Source: Paraspadella gotoi
Lineage: Eukaryota; Animalia; Chaetognatha
Assembly (NCBI GenBank): GCA_051294375.1
Contig: CM119269.1
Coordinates: 17,222,265-17,286,264 of the forward strand
Length of the DNA stretch: 64,000 nt
Direction of reading: 5' to 3'
The position numbers and the translations under genes are program-made. A model generated the notes under the pieces. The model was not told the DNA's origin. It did no database searches and saw only the letters and a program-made list of their open reading frames with translations. Below are positions 60,425 through 64,000 of the stretch, in pieces (position 1 is the stretch's first letter; each line of letters starts with the position of its first letter).

Positions 60425-60846
60425 CATAAATTTAAAAATTTTTCAATAATATATATTTATTTTTTTCATATCACTGAGAACACCGTTAATTTTATTACTG
60501 CTCTAAAAACGGAGGCCATCAATTTTACAAATATATACGTAATTGATTTGCAATTTTACATTTCATCAGCCCCTCTCCGTCCCTCCGATGTGATTTTTCT
60601 GATCGAGAAATCGACGAAAATTGGAAAAGTTTGAGCCTCAACTAACAAAGAGAAGACACGGCCGTACAAGTCAAATCTTTTTCTCTATTCTTTCTCGTCA
60701 GAAACAATCTGTTGCGTACCATTGGACATTGAGCAATTAACTGCTCACGAAATGAAATGAACCAGAATCGTTTAATAAATTAATATTTAAAAAATATTTT
60801 TTGGGAGTTGTACTTGATGATATTTTTGTTGTTTAAAGCTTTGACA

Positions 60847-61659
60847 ATGGATTTCGAATCTAGCAACTTCTCCGACGACGACGACGACATCGCGCCACCG
60901 ATTAAGCGCGGACTCGAAGGTGGCACAAGTAACGCCCTCGACGCCTTCAAAGCAGATTTAGGCCTCCACGATCTTCCACGTGACTTTATCGCCGGCGGGA
61001 AGGAGTCGATGACTCGCGATCAGCGAGCGACCGAAGTGCAAAAGAAAAAGCGGCGAAGAGCGAAGGAGAAACGACTTCCTCAAGACCCCTTTGCTGTCGT
61101 CGGCGATACCGGTGGGTCATTACGGCCTCTCTCCACTCGTGACGACTCAGCTTGGATCGCCAAAATGGGACTTGGCGCCCCAAAGGTCTCAAATCGTACT
61201 TGGACGCCGCCAGAGACAGTCGTCTTTCACTCGTCGCGAAAATCGTCGACGGTGGCCTCGTCGAGAACGAAAGTGGAGAGTATCGTCAACCAGGACGACG
61301 TTGGCGACATAGATATGGACCGCACTCGACTCGAGATCATGAAGTACGAACTCGAGAGCGGCGCCGACCTCGGGAAGAAGAAACGGGCCGCCAAAACGAA
61401 ACTCTACTTGCAAAAACTTGGGGCGCGGGAGCCGAAAGTCTCCAAGTATAGGAACCCAGAGGACAAGAGAAACTACGAGAAAAACAAGAGAAAGGCAGAG
61501 GAGAAAGAAAGAAGAGTTAGGAAAGAGATGGGACTGAAGGTGGACAATCACGAGGAGAGGAGGAAGAAGATGAAGATTAATGGAGGAAAGAAACGCAGCG
61601 ACTTTAAGTTGGGAACAGTTGGGAAATGGAACGAAAAGACGGGGACGTTAAAAGTCTGA
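60847..61659 (+). CDS. C1orf131: C1orf131/FSAF1 homolog (DUF4602, SSU processome factor)
   Basis: Single-exon 270-aa Lys/Arg-rich ORF; PETVVFHSSRK, DMDRTRLEIMKY, LGAREPK and GTVGKWNEKTGTLKV match the C1orf131 conserved blocks. Confidence 0.75.
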   Translation: MDFESSNFSDDDDDIAPPIKRGLEGGTSNALDAFKADLGLHDLPRDFIAGGKESMTRDQRATEVQKKKRRRAKEKRLPQDPFAVVGDTGGSLRPLSTRDDSAWIAKMGLGAPKVSNRTWTPPETVVFHSSRKSSTVASSRTKVESIVNQDDVGDIDMDRTRLEIMKYELESGADLGKKKRAAKTKLYLQKLGAREPKVSKYRNPEDKRNYEKNKRKAEEKERRVRKEMGLKVDNHEERRKKMKINGGKKRSDFKLGTVGKWNEKTGTLKV

Positions 61660-61856
61660 GCCTGCTTTTCTTTTTTCGCCGTTTTCGTAGTTACGTTAAA
61701 TTGACCTAAGTCAGATTTTTCGTCGTCGATATCAAAACGAAAAATTCGAGTAGTTAATTGTTTGTCGTTTTATACTATTTATAGCCCAGGTTACCAAATT
61801 AGACAGAAAAACCCGAAGGCGCCGTGCATCCACGCGATGTTTCGGCCGCGTTCGGG

Positions 61857-63964
61857 ATGGAACCGAACACTCGAAGCGGCGGAGACGTCGACCGGCGTTC
61901 GAGGGAGATGAGCGACTCTCCTTTCCACCCAGCGCGAGGGCCGGACTCCTTCGGGCCTTACCCTTTCGCGGCGGACGGAAGCTCGGAGTCCAATCCTGGG
62001 GATGCTTGGTTTTCCCGTCCCTTGGAGTCTAGTCGAAGCGGGGTCGATTATACGCAGGCATTGGGGCTCGACCCACCGTTTCCCTCGCCAAGACCACCAT
62101 CCTATCCCGCACAACAACCTGGCCCACATTCTTCGTCGCAATCGGCGGAAGCCGCGGTACCTTACGGATATTATTCTCCTGGACCGAGGCCACAACTTTC
62201 GCTTGGCCCTGACTATCCCTTGAGAAGAAGTCCGAGCAGAGACAGCATCAACAGTTTATGTAATAAATTTTCGATTTTGTTGTCAGTTTCTTTTGACATA
62301 CACAAATAATTAGCACGACCAAACTAGGCGATGTTCGCGAAAGCCCCGCCCTTACGGCTGTGTCGTCCTCTGGTTATCGATCCTTTCAAGATCACGTTGA
62401 CACAATTCACTCATCCCCGACGCATCGGGATGGGCAAAGACCAATCACTCCACCCAGTACCGCTTTTAAAGAGATTCCAGGGAGAGTGAATTCGCCCCCT
62501 TCGCACAGGTAGCAGGAATGGGTTGGAGGGAGCTTAGTTGGAGCTGAGCATCTAATTTCTTTCACATTGTAGTTTTCGGCCTGTGGTTCCGATGGAACCC
62601 AATGACCCATCCGGAAAGAAGGGAAATCAAGGAGTGGACCCTCTTGCTGGAGTCGCTGTAGGATTCGCCAGTCTTCTCGCCGAAAATCTTCTTTCGCATC
62701 CTTGCACAGTCCTACGACGGCAGTGTCAGGTTTTCTTGTTTTTACATTTTTGACTTTAAAGCTTTGCAATCAAGTCAATTCTGTACGTTTTAGGATACTT
62801 ATAGTATAGTAAATATATAAAATATAGATTAGTATATAATATGTGTATAATATTATATATCATGTAATGTCGTAATATCTTTAACCGTGTCAAATTCCAA
62901 CTAAGTTCGATTCAATGTCCCCGCTTTAGTCCCATTTGTTCCTCAAGGTTCACCACCGGTCGAGGCATTATCACTTGACACCATTCGCTCTAATTAAAGT
63001 CGTCATGAACATTCAAAGGCGAGAAATTCGATTATTTTTTCTATCAAGTAGACAAGAGGCTGATGATTGCGCTATTCTGATGTTCAGGTACCAGGGACTA
63101 TCGACTTTTTGGAAGGGCATCGGCTCCACCTTCATTGTCAAGGGTATGTTCCTTGTATCGGAACATTTGATCAGCGAACTGACTCCCTTTCGACGTGAAG
63201 TTGCGCTGGACAGGTTAGTGGCATGTCAAAAAAAATTTTAGTTGCCTTAATCAAAATTATTCAGTTGAGTTCGACATACCTAGCTCGACGGCGAAGCAAT
63301 TGCTCGGACACGTGGCCCTAAAGGCCCTCGCGCAGACGCTGGTCACCCCTTTTTTTTCTGCGGCGCTGGTTGAGTCGGTTCAGAGTGACATAGCTTCGGA
63401 GCGGCCGGGAATTTTCGACTGTCTTCGCGAGGGATCATACCGTCTTGTTGGCTACGGCATGCCGCAGACGACCAGACTTTTTCCCGTCTACCATCTGCTT
63501 CTCCCAACGGCTGCTTATGGAACGCTGCATTACGTCATCGCTAGTGTTGCGCAAGTACGTTAAGTTGTATTCGTCAAAATGTGATTATTCACGAAAGATG
63601 TTAAAAGATGCCTTGTTTGTACCATGTTCATAATAACGTTTCTCCTAATTATTTAATTCTAGTGTGAGCCTTATGGATTAATAAATGATGATTCACTAGT
63701 TTTCATTTAGCCCTGTTTTTTTCAGTGGTCGGTAATATCAATTATGAAGAAGTCTTCCGAGAGTGTTCACCGACCTTCGCCCCAATATGGATCGATTCGC
63801 GAAGTATGTACATTTTGCCGTCGTTGGTTCAGCTCTCGAACAAATGAAGCTGATAAATAAATATATTTTCTCTAAGGAATCATTTGCGGAACTAACAACG
63901 AGCGAGGGTTCTACTGCTGCTTTAGTCGAGTCTTTCTATCGAGAAGTCATCAGTGGATTTTATG
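61857..63964 (+). CDS. SLC25A46: Mitochondrial outer-membrane carrier-like protein SLC25A46 (Ugo1-like); continues past the right edge
   Basis: Exons are ~61857-62253, 62328-62508, 62573-62729, 62948-63018, 63088-63213, 63284-63554, 63726-63803 and 63877-63964. Motifs are [65 protein letters not shown] and [12 protein letters not shown]. Confidence 0.92.
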
Positions 63965-64000
63965 GCAAGTCTTCTGTATTAATAATTTAATTCTATGGTC

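Overview
This is AT-rich, (AG)n-rich genomic DNA from an animal, probably an invertebrate. The genes are intron-split, so most of the ORF track is spurious. Gene models built by hand: the 5' part of a MYO1E/F-like myosin I (-); a secreted Cys-rich prepropeptide with an ShK-like domain (+); a divergent presenilin (-) head-to-head with an aldo-keto reductase that lacks the catalytic Tyr (+); a two-exon kynureninase remnant; a GT7 beta-1,4-Gal/GalNAc transferase (-); an uncharacterised type I membrane protein with three Cys/Trp repeats (-); and a tight + strand trio of a small membrane protein, C1orf131/FSAF1 and SLC25A46. Two giant noisy palindromes (9.1-27.5 kb and 34.8-49.3 kb) look like fold-back or amplification artefacts of the assembly. 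The most unusual items are a 646-bp TRIM (miniature LTR retrotransposon) whose LTRs each carry a 72-nt tRNA-like sequence, with a tRNA-Trp-like PBS, a PPT and an ATAT TSD; an intronic Penelope-type hammerhead motif; a Penelope RT/GIY-YIG fragment bracketed by ~125-bp inverted repeats; and an apparent excess of GC donors and AAG/GAG acceptors.
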